Virus record (IMG/VR): IMGVR_UViG_3300008954_000001
Length of the DNA: 64,000 nt
Direction: 5' to 3' (one strand)
Source: a virus
Lineage: Duplodnaviria > Caudoviricetes
The translations under genes and the position numbers were made by a program. The notes under the pieces are model-generated. The model was not told the DNA's origin. It did no database searches and saw only the letters and a list, made by a program, of their open reading frames with translations. Numbering within the stretch: the stretch's first letter is position 1; the number at the start of each line of letters is the position of its first letter. Of this stretch, positions 54,290 through 63,392 are shown piece after piece.

Positions 54290-57200
54290 TATCTCACTCC
54301 AAGCTGTGGAATGAACTCACCGTAAGATTGGCTCAACTCGTATTCCCGCCACTCTTTTTCAGTAAGATTCTCGTTCTCATTCGAGGTGCGGATCAACTTC
54401 CACAACTCTCGCTCTCGTGTAGAGGCGGTACGGGCTTGGTCTGCATCCTCTTGCCAATCCTCTCGGCTTTCGTTGGGGATACAGCCCTCACTTACGAACT
54501 GTGATGGGCCAGCGGGCTTTCCAATATGGTTGACGGCTGGACAAAGTACCGTAACCGAGTCTCGACCACGGGTTAGAGCGACATAGGCCAAGCGACGTTC
54601 GCTTGCCATAGCGTCTTCATCCCCCATGGAGCGATTATGGGGGAACACCCCCGCAGCCATGGGAACCCACATATGTCGGGCTTCCAGCCCTTTCCATCCG
54701 TGGCAAGTATCAATCGTTACGGCGGGCTTATCAGCCTCATCGTCGTCGGGATCGTCTTTGAAGGTCTTGCCCTTACTGGCATCTTGAAGCTCTTGGATAT
54801 AGCCCAAAGCTGGTCCCATATCCTCGTATTCTTCGAGGAGGCCCATAAGCGGGGCAATCGGGGCCAAGGCAAGATTCTTAATGTCTTGTTCTGATACACC
54901 TGCTTCACCAGATTCTTCGTGAAGCATGTCCATCGCTTCGCCCGAACCCTTGGTTTTAGAAATCAAGGACTCCACAATGCTTTCGGCGGGCTTCCCTCGG
55001 AAACCTACGCCCTTGATGGACAAGATTTGCTCCAAAACCTCTTTTGGAGATCCCTCAAAGGATTGCACCTGAACCAAAGTGTCTACATAGGTTTTGACGT
55101 TCTTGTTGCGCCACTCGGAACGACCTTCGTAGATTTGGTTCCAACCGCCGTTTTTCAACCATTCAAGGTAGTTCATCCCACGAGCCTTCTTTTGAACCTC
55201 GCTATTGAACTTCTTATCCAAGTAGAACTTGGGGGTTTGGTAGGCTTTGAGCACAACGTCGTTGATTACTTTCTTGTCTGAAAGGTCGGCCCCAGCGAGC
55301 GTTAGCCACCCTGTTAGGGCTTTCGTGGTGGGGTCGGCAAAGAAGTTCATCTTGGAACGGAAAGGAATCCGTCGCTTGATCAACTCAAGCCCAAACGCTA
55401 ACGCCTCGGCGTTCGTTCGTACCGCCACCCCGAAACTTGGAGTATTTGGTTCGGACCAACCCTCGTTATCGATATGGGCTTGGATATCATCAGCACATCG
55501 GGAAGCGGCCTCTCCGTGATCCCCCACATTCACATATTCGATTACGCCCTCACCCCGTTTGGGGTCGGTGGAGCAAACCATCGGAATCTGTTTTTCGTTG
55601 TGGGAGATGAGCTTATTCGCCGCATCTACAATCGCTTTTCCTGAACGGAAGTTGGATGAGATCAGCTTGGTATCAAACGAGCCGCCCCGCATATCTGATT
55701 TCTCGGAATACTCATCTGGGGTTGCACCACGGAACTCATAGATCGCCTGCTTGTCGTCCCCAATAAAGGTAAACGTGTTGGCCGTCATAGAGCCGTCAGC
55801 TTTGTACTCTTGGGTAGCGGGATCAATCGCCCCCGCAATCAAACCAAATAGAAGATGTTGCAGCTTGTTGAGATCCTGAGCCTCATCCACCAAGACCCAC
55901 TTGTACTGAGCTTGAACCGTTGCCAAAGCCTTCGGATTTTCGATGAGTGCCTTGATGCACTCCAACTGCATGTCTGTGAAGTCTACTTTCCCTACGGCAT
56001 CGGGTTCATTGTCCTTGAGCCACATATATGCGCCGTAACAAGCAGCCATAACACTCTTGTCTTTTGCCCACGCCTCGGAAGGGGTCATTAAGTCTGAGCG
56101 ATAGTTACCAACCGCTAAGGCAACACGGCGAGCACCAATGGCTCGACCTTCCTCGTCTAAAAACTTACCGCCAATATTGAACCATTCGTTTGCTGGCTCT
56201 TTCCAATAATTGCCACCTTTGCGCTTGTTGTAGGCGGCAACCTTATAGTTAGGGTCTAATCGCCCACGGGTCAGGCTTCGCTTGTAGCGATCCTTGGAGA
56301 CCATCTTATTGATTAGGGCTTTTTCGGCGGGGCTAAGGCCCTCAACCGTAAGGGAGTCCAACCGACTTACTAATGGCGACAGGGCTTTCTCTTCGGAGTG
56401 CGCCCAACCATAGCCTTTATTGGCACCCCAAGCGGCTAACCCATAGAGTTGATCTACAACCTTACGGAGCACGGCATCTTCTTCGGAAGATGCGCCAGCG
56501 TCAGCCCCTTCGTCAGCATCCGAGATACTTACATTTCGATTCTGTGTTCCCAGCAGCCCTTCAAACATTCCTACGGGATCGGGTGGGGCCGGAGCGTTGT
56601 AGCTCGACATCTCCACCTGCTTCATAGCCATTTTGATGAGGTAGCTGCCTTCTAAGACCTGTGCTCGCTTGAACTTGGGTTTGATCTTCTTCAGGAGAGA
56701 GAACCCGATGCTGTGTGTGGTTCCGAAACCATCGTCACCACCATCTAAAATGGCGGCCCCACCGTACTTCAAAACCCTCTCTTTGAGTTCAGCAGCACTC
56801 TTTTTCGAGAACGAGGTAGCGATAACCTGTGAGGACTTACCGCCCTCTCGGTTGATAATGTCGATGACCTTGCCAGCAAGAACACGGGTCTTTCCCGATC
56901 CCGCTCCCGCAGCGATAAGGGACTTGCCCGTAACCATCATCGCATCTTCTTGTTCCTCGGTCATCATAAGCTGCTTGCCAATGTCCGTGGCGTGGCTCTG
57001 GTTCTCATAAATAATGGAACTGGCGGCACCTAAAGCGGCTTGCTCGTCATCAGACGATTGAGCCACTTTGACCAAAGTATCCATTTTGGTCGAGCGTTCG
57101 GCCTGAAGATTTCTGGATTCGTCTGACCCGCCGGGGAGAACTTTCAGTTTGCGATCAAGATCCTTGATCTCATTGGCGATGTTTTGAACTTCGCCAATGT

Positions 57201-57768
57201 CAGCAACCCGTTCTTCAGACGTGCCTCCAACACCCATGATATCGGCGGCCTTCTTGATCCACGCACGAGTAACCCGAAGCCCACCAATCGGGGGTAGGCC
57301 AGCGAGTTCTAAAATGGCTTCAGTCGGAGCACTTCCTTGAAGGTTGCCGATCCTTCGAGCGAGGGTGTTGGGCTTACCTGAACCAAAAAGCTCAACACGC
57401 AAATCCTGTCGGATCGACGCAAACTTGAACGCCATTTTGATAAATCTCGCTTGGCGCACAGCTTTCGATTCGGGGCTTCCCCCTTGGCGAGCACGAGTCA
57501 GCGGGGCTTTTAGGCGGCTCCCCCCTGGCTTGGTTTCGCAAATCGCTAAATGATCCACGGCCAAAAGAATCTCTTTTTTGAACCGCCGAATCAGTCGAAT
57601 AGCCTCTTGCCTAACTGGTCCAACCCCTTTGGGAGCCTCATCTTCATGAGAGGCTAACCACTCCAAAAAAGCGGATACGGCGACCATGTAGGCACACAAG
57701 TTGACTACTCGGCCCACATCCAAGGCTTTTGACTCTTTCTCGGCTTTGTCTTTCTTTGGCATACCCAT
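54289..57768 (-). CDS. uvrD: UvrD/PcrA-family SF1 helicase with N-terminal extension and insertion
   Basis: AGAGSGKT, DEAQD, GDDKQAIYEFRGA, NFRS, RTN, KGLE, ERRLAYVALTRG. Confidence 0.9.
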   Translation of the reverse strand: MGMPKKDKAEKESKALDVGRVVNLCAYMVAVSAFLEWLASHEDEAPKGVGPVRQEAIRLIRRFKKEILLAVDHLAICETKPGGSRLKAPLTRARQGGSPESKAVRQARFIKMAFKFASIRQDLRVELFGSGKPNTLARRIGNLQGSAPTEAILELAGLPPIGGLRVTRAWIKKAADIMGVGGTSEERVADIGEVQNIANEIKDLDRKLKVLPGGSDESRNLQAERSTKMDTLVKVAQSSDDEQAALGAASSIIYENQSHATDIGKQLMMTEEQEDAMMVTGKSLIAAGAGSGKTRVLAGKVIDIINREGGKSSQVIATSFSKKSAAELKERVLKYGGAAILDGGDDGFGTTHSIGFSLLKKIKPKFKRAQVLEGSYLIKMAMKQVEMSSYNAPAPPDPVGMFEGLLGTQNRNVSISDADEGADAGASSEEDAVLRKVVDQLYGLAAWGANKGYGWAHSEEKALSPLVSRLDSLTVEGLSPAEKALINKMVSKDRYKRSLTRGRLDPNYKVAAYNKRKGGNYWKEPANEWFNIGGKFLDEEGRAIGARRVALAVGNYRSDLMTPSEAWAKDKSVMAACYGAYMWLKDNEPDAVGKVDFTDMQLECIKALIENPKALATVQAQYKWVLVDEAQDLNKLQHLLFGLIAGAIDPATQEYKADGSMTANTFTFIGDDKQAIYEFRGATPDEYSEKSDMRGGSFDTKLISSNFRSGKAIVDAANKLISHNEKQIPMVCSTDPKRGEGVIEYVNVGDHGEAASRCADDIQAHIDNEGWSEPNTPSFGVAVRTNAEALAFGLELIKRRIPFRSKMNFFADPTTKALTGWLTLAGADLSDKKVINDVVLKAYQTPKFYLDKKFNSEVQKKARGMNYLEWLKNGGWNQIYEGRSEWRNKNVKTYVDTLVQVQSFEGSPKEVLEQILSIKGVGFRGKPAESIVESLISKTKGSGEAMDMLHEESGEAGVSEQDIKNLALAPIAPLMGLLEEYEDMGPALGYIQELQDASKGKTFKDDPDDDEADKPAVTIDTCHGWKGLEARHMWVPMAAGVFPHNRSMGDEDAMASERRLAYVALTRGRDSVTVLCPAVNHIGKPAGPSQFVSEGCIPNESREDWQEDADQARTASTRERELWKLIRTSNENENLTEKEWREYELSQSYGEFIPQLGVR

Positions 57769-57831
57769 TACTCCCGCCTAAAGGGGTTTCGATAGATCAC
57801 GACTATAGGGGGGAAAATGAGCCGTGGGGGA

Positions 57832-58524
57832 CTACGTCATCTTGGACTCGTCTATGATTACGCCGTCCTCTTTCGCTTTATCCACCGCTTTTTGAACTTG
57901 CTTTGCGGTGTCCTCTCGATTGGCCGCTTCCGCCTTACGGAGTTCTGTAAGAGCCAGCCGATCTTCAGAACCCATGCGAGTATTCCCAAGAAGGGTTAGC
58001 TCATGGGTGTCTTTGTCTACAAAGCGACTGGTCAAACCGATAGCCGAAGGCATGATCGCCTTGACGATTTTTGGGTCCATCGCCATCACTGCGATATCCC
58101 AAACCATGTCTAAATAGACCCCCGCAGCTACTTGTATCGGCTTGCCCCCATACATAGTGGTCTGTTTTTCCTTGAACAAAAGGATGCCTGAGCGTGTCCA
58201 CAACTCAAGATCAAACCAATGAACGGGAGTGGGGGCAGCGGGCTTGACGAAATCCATTCGCCACATCAGGGAAATCCGCAGATCCCCATAGATCACTCGT
58301 GGGTTGTCTACTCGACCCCACCCCTTGATATTAACAACCAACTCTTGTGCGTGTACCAAACGAGAAAAGGCTTCCTGTTCAGTTTCGGACATAGGGGTGT
58401 AGTTGCTATGCCGATTACCCCCGCCCCACCTATTCGTGCCTTTGTCTTTTTTACCCATCTCGAACCTCACTTGATACCGTGACATAGCAGGCACGGAGGG
58501 GTTTTTGGGCTTGTGATGCCACAT
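57832..58524 (-). CDS. hypothetical protein
   Basis: Long open frame in the minus-strand operon. Confidence 0.6.
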   Translation of the reverse strand: MWHHKPKNPSVPAMSRYQVRFEMGKKDKGTNRWGGGNRHSNYTPMSETEQEAFSRLVHAQELVVNIKGWGRVDNPRVIYGDLRISLMWRMDFVKPAAPTPVHWFDLELWTRSGILLFKEKQTTMYGGKPIQVAAGVYLDMVWDIAVMAMDPKIVKAIMPSAIGLTSRFVDKDTHELTLLGNTRMGSEDRLALTELRKAEAANREDTAKQVQKAVDKAKEDGVIIDESKMT

Positions 58525-58882
58525 AAAAAGAGACCAGCCTATCCTTTAGGGGGAGCCGACCGTCTAATACTTCTGAACGATGGAGGTAATAACGCTCTCC
58601 CTCGTTGTCTTCAGCAAAGCCAAAACCCTTTTGTTCCGAAAACCACGAAACAAACCCGTGGATCGGCAAAGGGGAAGTAATACGTTCGCATTGACTCACC
58701 TTTTCGTCGATACACGTGACCTCCACCTCCTCCCCTACAATGGGGGGGACTGGGCTTTCTCCGACATAAGAGCCGGGGTCAAACGCAGATAGGTGGAAGA
58801 AGAGGCGTTCTTTGGAGCCATCGAGAGGGGAGAGAAACCCATACAGTTCTTTTGGGATGTACTTCTCCACAACCATCCGCAT
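58451..58882 (-). CDS. tandem cold-shock (OB-fold) domain protein
   Basis: YGFL...LFFHLSA and WFSEQKGFGF...YYLHRS give two RNP1/RNP2 pairs. Confidence 0.8.
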   Translation of the reverse strand: MRMVVEKYIPKELYGFLSPLDGSKERLFFHLSAFDPGSYVGESPVPPIVGEEVEVTCIDEKVSQCERITSPLPIHGFVSWFSEQKGFGFAEDNEGERYYLHRSEVLDGRLPLKDRLVSFYVASQAQKPLRACYVTVSSEVRDG

Positions 58883-58883
58883 A

Positions 58884-59381
58884 CTAACCCTGAATTGAAT
58901 CTAAAATCTTCTGCTTCCCCCACCAACCCTTTACTTCCACCCCAAGAGAAACCGCAGCGGCGGTGAGTTCTTTCTTGGTGTTATCCAAAGAGAGGGTAGA
59001 CAAAGTTTCTTCGGTCGCAGAGGTATTGATCCCAAGATTTTCCGTAGGGGCGGCAGTTTCCGAGGTTTCTGTGGAAACGGTTTCGACGCTCAGATCACCA
59101 TTATTGTTAGAAGTCTCGGTTGAATGGTTATCCGTGTCAGAAACACTTTCCGTTGAAGTCGCCTCTGTGAAATCTTTGATCTCAAAGGCAACATTCTCAA
59201 CGATTTCTGCATCCACCGTAGACAATTCAACGGCAGTCACGCCCGCTGTGGCTGTCTTTACAGGCTTGGCTCGCACCACCCCTTTGAAAACCTTGCGCTT
59301 AACAGCATGATTAGTGTTGTGCCGAATTGACGAATCGACAATCGGCTTTGGGCCAGACATTTCTCGACGGGTCTTTTTCAT
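58884..59381 (-). CDS. Ser/Thr/Glu-rich protein with C-terminal Rho-N/HeH-like helix pair
   Basis: TKKELTAAAVSLGV......KQKILDSI. Confidence 0.55.
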   Translation of the reverse strand: MKKTRREMSGPKPIVDSSIRHNTNHAVKRKVFKGVVRAKPVKTATAGVTAVELSTVDAEIVENVAFEIKDFTEATSTESVSDTDNHSTETSNNNGDLSVETVSTETSETAAPTENLGINTSATEETLSTLSLDNTKKELTAAAVSLGVEVKGWWGKQKILDSIQG

Positions 59382-59391
59382 GGTTATTCTC

Positions 59392-59790
59392 CTACTTCAA
59401 ACCTTGTGTAATCATACCCTTAGCGACAGAGACCAAAACCCCGCCAAACATATCTCCAACGATAGCCATAAAGTCTTTGAACTTAGACTTCTTCTCCGCC
59501 TCTACTTGATGGCAGTGTTCCATAACATCCGCTTGGAGACGTAAAGACAGCTTGGCGAACTCTGTGTTGTCGATAGGCTTACCTTCGATCAAGCCCCAAA
59601 CCAGTTCTTCGGCCTTTTTAATGCCAGCAACACCATAGTTATCAATGGTTTCGCCCAATACACCCAAGATAGTCGCTTGCCAATCTTCTTTGACTTCAAC
59701 CTTCGACATGGCTTTCGTGATCTCGTCCACAGCCTTTTGAGCACCGACAGAAACGATTTCACCTATATCTTCTTTTTTTGAGTCAGACAT
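59392..59790 (-). CDS. helical hypothetical protein
   Basis: Coupled to the upstream lipoprotein gene. Confidence 0.65.
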   Translation of the reverse strand: MSDSKKEDIGEIVSVGAQKAVDEITKAMSKVEVKEDWQATILGVLGETIDNYGVAGIKKAEELVWGLIEGKPIDNTEFAKLSLRLQADVMEHCHQVEAEKKSKFKDFMAIVGDMFGGVLVSVAKGMITQGLK

Positions 59791-60167
59791 TAGTCGCTCC
59801 CTTCAGCAAATCGGTCACACATCTCTTCCAAAGATGGGATCTTGGGTGCCTCGCCCTCAGGTTTCGGCTCACCTTTATTCAGATGCCGCCGCCATTGCAT
59901 GTGTCGCTCCCAACGAGCGGAGTGGACAGCCAGAACTTCAGCGGCTGAAGCGCAAAGCTCTGTGGTCCATTGTCGGTTTTCATCGCAAGCACAGTGGTTT
60001 TCTACCATGAGAGTAGTAACTCTCTGGTATTCCATCACAAAGGTATTCACGAAAATGTCTTCTTTATCGACTGTATCGGTCAATCGAACGCTTCGGGTAG
60101 CACAACTCGAAGCCATTACTGCGAGCAGAACTACGGCAAATAGTTTCTTCATCGAAAATTCTCCCAA
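59790..60167 (-). CDS. lipoprotein (possible spanin component)
   Basis: MKKLFAVVLLAVMASS-C lipobox; next to the holin-like gene. Confidence 0.6.
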   Translation of the reverse strand: MGEFSMKKLFAVVLLAVMASSCATRSVRLTDTVDKEDIFVNTFVMEYQRVTTLMVENHCACDENRQWTTELCASAAEVLAVHSARWERHMQWRRHLNKGEPKPEGEAPKIPSLEEMCDRFAEGSD

Positions 60168-60220
60168 GGGCGATTGTTAAGGCACGTTACCCTTTAGGTC
60201 ACAATACCCCGTTAGTGATT

Positions 60221-60577
60221 TCACTTAATTGATTTGGACTCAATTTTCGCCAGTCTTACCGTTCTATCCACCCAAGACTGAGTGATCAGATAGACGCATT
60301 GAACTACGGTGCTGGCAAGAACCGTAACTAACATAAGGTCTTGTCCCACATAGCCATGGGACCAAGTGAAGATCATAAAGGCGAGCAAGCCTTTCCAAAG
60401 AAGATCCGACAAAAAATAGCTCAGGAACTTCTTTGACCGAAAAATAGACCTCTCATATTCCAGATAAGTAGGGGTAGGGGCTGGAACAGCGAGAGTTCGG
60501 GATTCTTTTGTAGGGGGTGAGGCGGTAGCAGCTTCGCTTTTGAACTGCCCTTTTTCTTTTTGTGTACCCTCTTTCAT
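60221..60577 (-). CDS. two-TM holin-like protein
   Basis: RSKKFL...TM1...TM2...YLITQSWVD, a phage holin-type pattern. Confidence 0.55.
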   Translation of the reverse strand: MKEGTQKEKGQFKSEAATASPPTKESRTLAVPAPTPTYLEYERSIFRSKKFLSYFLSDLLWKGLLAFMIFTWSHGYVGQDLMLVTVLASTVVQCVYLITQSWVDRTVRLAKIESKSIK

Positions 60578-60897
60578 GATTCCTCCCTTTGCTTTTTCAG
60601 CTTCCTCAATCTGGGGGTCATCGGAACACGGATACCTGAAGTGTTGACTTTACGTTGAGTGTAGTCCGTGACCTCTTGGGGATCGATGAACTGTTTCGCC
60701 TTCACCATGGGGTTCTTGGCGATCAGATCATCCAGATATGTTTGTCGATCCTCGGATAGGAGATGGAAAATCTCGTCGTACCCCGTTCTGGCATCCTTGT
60801 TCATAAGGATGAATTCCAGCACGTAAATGTCAGGCAGTGTCTCTAACAGACAATCCTTGCCGTCCATCCAGAAATTGTCAGGGGGGAAATCACTCAT
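60574..60897 (-). CDS. hypothetical protein
   Basis: GGAGG SD; ATGA coupling. Confidence 0.6.
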   Translation of the reverse strand: MSDFPPDNFWMDGKDCLLETLPDIYVLEFILMNKDARTGYDEIFHLLSEDRQTYLDDLIAKNPMVKAKQFIDPQEVTDYTQRKVNTSGIRVPMTPRLRKLKKQREES

Positions 60898-61006
60898 CCT
60901 TGGGCCTCCACCATCGGGAACTCTATAGGAGTTGAACCGTGACCAAAAACCAGTGGTCTCAGTAAAGAGGTAGAGTGCTCATGGACACAGCGAGGATGGT
61001 TTTCAC

Positions 61007-62605
61007 ATGGAATTGGAAGAGAGGGTTGAGAAGCTACGACAAATCCGTTTACGGAAGGATTTGAAGCTACGGAAGTCCAAGTACCTGAACGAGACTTTTC
61101 TGGACTACGGCGGCGATCCACACCCTCTGTCGCTACGGTACTACCAAGTTCAAGGGGTGCTGCACCTGTTGACCGTAAGTCGCTTCATCCTTGGGGATGG
61201 TACGGGATTAGGTAAAACCCTCCAAGCCATCGCAGCCCTCTGCTACATTTGGGACAAGAACCCTGATGTAAAGGTTTTAGTTCTCACGAATAAGAGTGCG
61301 GTTCCTCAATGGATTGGGGAGTTCGAGAAGTTCTCAACGGGTGTCCGTACTATCATGTGCAAAGGCACCCCCGCCCAACGCCAGAAAGCCTACAACGCTT
61401 TCGACGCAAGTACGGGTCCGACCGTCTTGGTGATGGGGTATCGGTCAGCCGTTCGGGATTTCCAACACCTCCAAAACGTCGAATGGGGCTGTGTCATCTA
61501 TGATGAGGCCAGTGCCTTTAAGAACCCTAAAACCCAAATCCATCAGGTATGTCGGCACCTTGCGGGCAATTCAGAGCGAACTTGGGGCCTAACCGCCACC
61601 TTGATCAAGAACCGCCTTGAAGAAGGGTGGGGGATCTATCAAGTCATCTGTCCGGGCCTGTTCCATTCGTCCAGAAACCGATTTCTCAACGAGTTTTGTG
61701 TCACCCGTATGCAACGAATTGGGGGTCGGAGACAGATCCCTATTGTGGTGGGCCACCGAAAGGATCAGATTGAGCGGTTCAAAGAGCTTATTGAGCCTTA
61801 CTTCATTGGACGACCGAAGCATGAGGTTGCTTCAGAACTGCCGCCCCTAACCTCCCGCATCGTCAAATTCGGCATGACCACAGCACAGGCTGTCCTCTAC
61901 CAAGAAGCCTTGGCTGGTTTGTTAGAGGTGCGAGATAAGGAAACGGGGGAGATGGAGGAAAAAGAGGTTTCCCAACTCACAGCGATTGTCTACTGCCAAC
62001 AGATTGTGAACCACCCTGAGTTGATCGGACATGAGGGAGACTCCTCCAAGCTCGATCAGCTACTTGATTTGGTTGTGGATGGGGATTTGGGAGAGGAAAA
62101 TGTCATTGTTTTCAGCCGCTTTCGGTCGATGATCGATATCATCATGGCGGAACTAAAGAAAAAGGGTGTTGGGGCGGTTCGTATCACTGGTTCGGAGGAT
62201 GAGGACCAAAGGCGGGAAGCGCAACTTGCGTTCCAGAACCCGAAGTCCGACACTCGGATTGTCTGTATTACTACGGCAGCGACTGAAGCTATCAACCTTC
62301 AGGCGGCCAGAGCGGTCGTGTTTTACGACACTCCTTGGAGTGCGGGAGACTACTTGCAAGCCTTGGGGCGTATGATTCGGATCGGCTCAGAGCACGATTC
62401 CGTGTACGCCTTCCATCTTGTATGTGAGGATTCTGTCGATGAGAGGATTCAAGAAGTGCGGCGAAATAAGATGAAATTGATTGAGTCCGTGATTGGAAAG
62501 CGGCTTAAGGGAGCCTCCGATGATTTCGAGGTATCCGCCAGTAACGAGATAGGGGATCTTTTTGCCGCCCTACAGCAAGACGCAAGGAACTTCCATGTCG
62601 GGTAG
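61007..62605 (+). CDS. SNF2-family SF2 helicase/ATPase
   Basis: LGDGTGLGKT, DEA, TAT, IVFSRF, EAINLQAA, QALGRMIRIG. Confidence 0.9.
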   Translation: MELEERVEKLRQIRLRKDLKLRKSKYLNETFLDYGGDPHPLSLRYYQVQGVLHLLTVSRFILGDGTGLGKTLQAIAALCYIWDKNPDVKVLVLTNKSAVPQWIGEFEKFSTGVRTIMCKGTPAQRQKAYNAFDASTGPTVLVMGYRSAVRDFQHLQNVEWGCVIYDEASAFKNPKTQIHQVCRHLAGNSERTWGLTATLIKNRLEEGWGIYQVICPGLFHSSRNRFLNEFCVTRMQRIGGRRQIPIVVGHRKDQIERFKELIEPYFIGRPKHEVASELPPLTSRIVKFGMTTAQAVLYQEALAGLLEVRDKETGEMEEKEVSQLTAIVYCQQIVNHPELIGHEGDSSKLDQLLDLVVDGDLGEENVIVFSRFRSMIDIIMAELKKKGVGAVRITGSEDEDQRREAQLAFQNPKSDTRIVCITTAATEAINLQAARAVVFYDTPWSAGDYLQALGRMIRIGSEHDSVYAFHLVCEDSVDERIQEVRRNKMKLIESVIGKRLKGASDDFEVSASNEIGDLFAALQQDARNFHVG

Positions 62606-63392
62606 TGGGACCATCTACATGAGCGGGCAATCGGATTGCTCAAGGTGCCATGGTAGGGGTGTGGTGGCTATCGACACTTTCAGTGTGGTTCCTTGTGAAT
62701 GTACGGTGCTCCGCAGCCTTGTTCGGAATGTGGATCGAGGCTGGAAGGGGCTGATGGCCGCACCTAACCTCGAAGGTGGGTCTGTTTTATTGGAGCAAGC
62801 ACAAGACCAAGAGAACTGCTGGATTACTTCAGATCGCCCGACTTTACGGGTACATGCAAAGCACACCGCTTTGCGGATGGGTCCGAAATGGAAGTTCAAT
62901 GTTGTTACCGACGCTGAATTGATTACCGCATGGCTGGCAACCGCAGGTTTGGCTGGTATGAAGATGCTTGATCCTGATATCATGCTGGAAGCGGCTCCCG
63001 TATCCCTCCGTAAACTGACTCTGATTGATATGGTTGAGCCTCCCGACACCCTCATTGTGATTTTGGGGGTAAAAGCGGCACGAAACGTAGCGATGCCTGA
63101 AGTGTTGATGGAAACCATCTCCCTGCGGAAAGCGGCGGGTAAGCCGTTATGGTTGATTGACCAGCCTCAAAAACCCTTCCGTGAAGGCCATCGTGCTTGG
63201 TCACAAGAAGTCCGAGATGCCTTATCAGGGTTTCGAGTGGTACGGCTCGACTCTTTGGCTCAAGGGCAAATGGCTTCTTTAGACTCGTTATTGGAACAGC
63301 CTAAAACTAAAACAACAAGTAGTCGTCGTACCAGAAGTCTATCGGGGGGATCAGGTGGTACTCGAACCCTCAAGAATGGGGGCGATGAATGA
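62595..63392 (+). CDS. DnaC/IstB-like helicase-loader homolog with Zn finger, no recognisable Walker A
   Basis: CSRCHGRG...CEC; DTLIVILG...VLMETISLRKAAGKPLWL; sits between SNF2 and DnaB-like genes. Confidence 0.55.
   Translation: MSGSGTIYMSGQSDCSRCHGRGVVAIDTFSVVPCECTVLRSLVRNVDRGWKGLMAAPNLEGGSVLLEQAQDQENCWITSDRPTLRVHAKHTALRMGPKWKFNVVTDAELITAWLATAGLAGMKMLDPDIMLEAAPVSLRKLTLIDMVEPPDTLIVILGVKAARNVAMPEVLMETISLRKAAGKPLWLIDQPQKPFREGHRAWSQEVRDALSGFRVVRLDSLAQGQMASLDSLLEQPKTKTTSSRRTRSLSGGSGGTRTLKNGGDE

Noticed and set aside
56200-56620. Insertion in the UvrD helicase as a possible intein
   Set aside because: No N-terminal Cys/Ser splice block, no His-Asn followed by Cys/Ser/Thr, no LAGLIDADG or HNH motif
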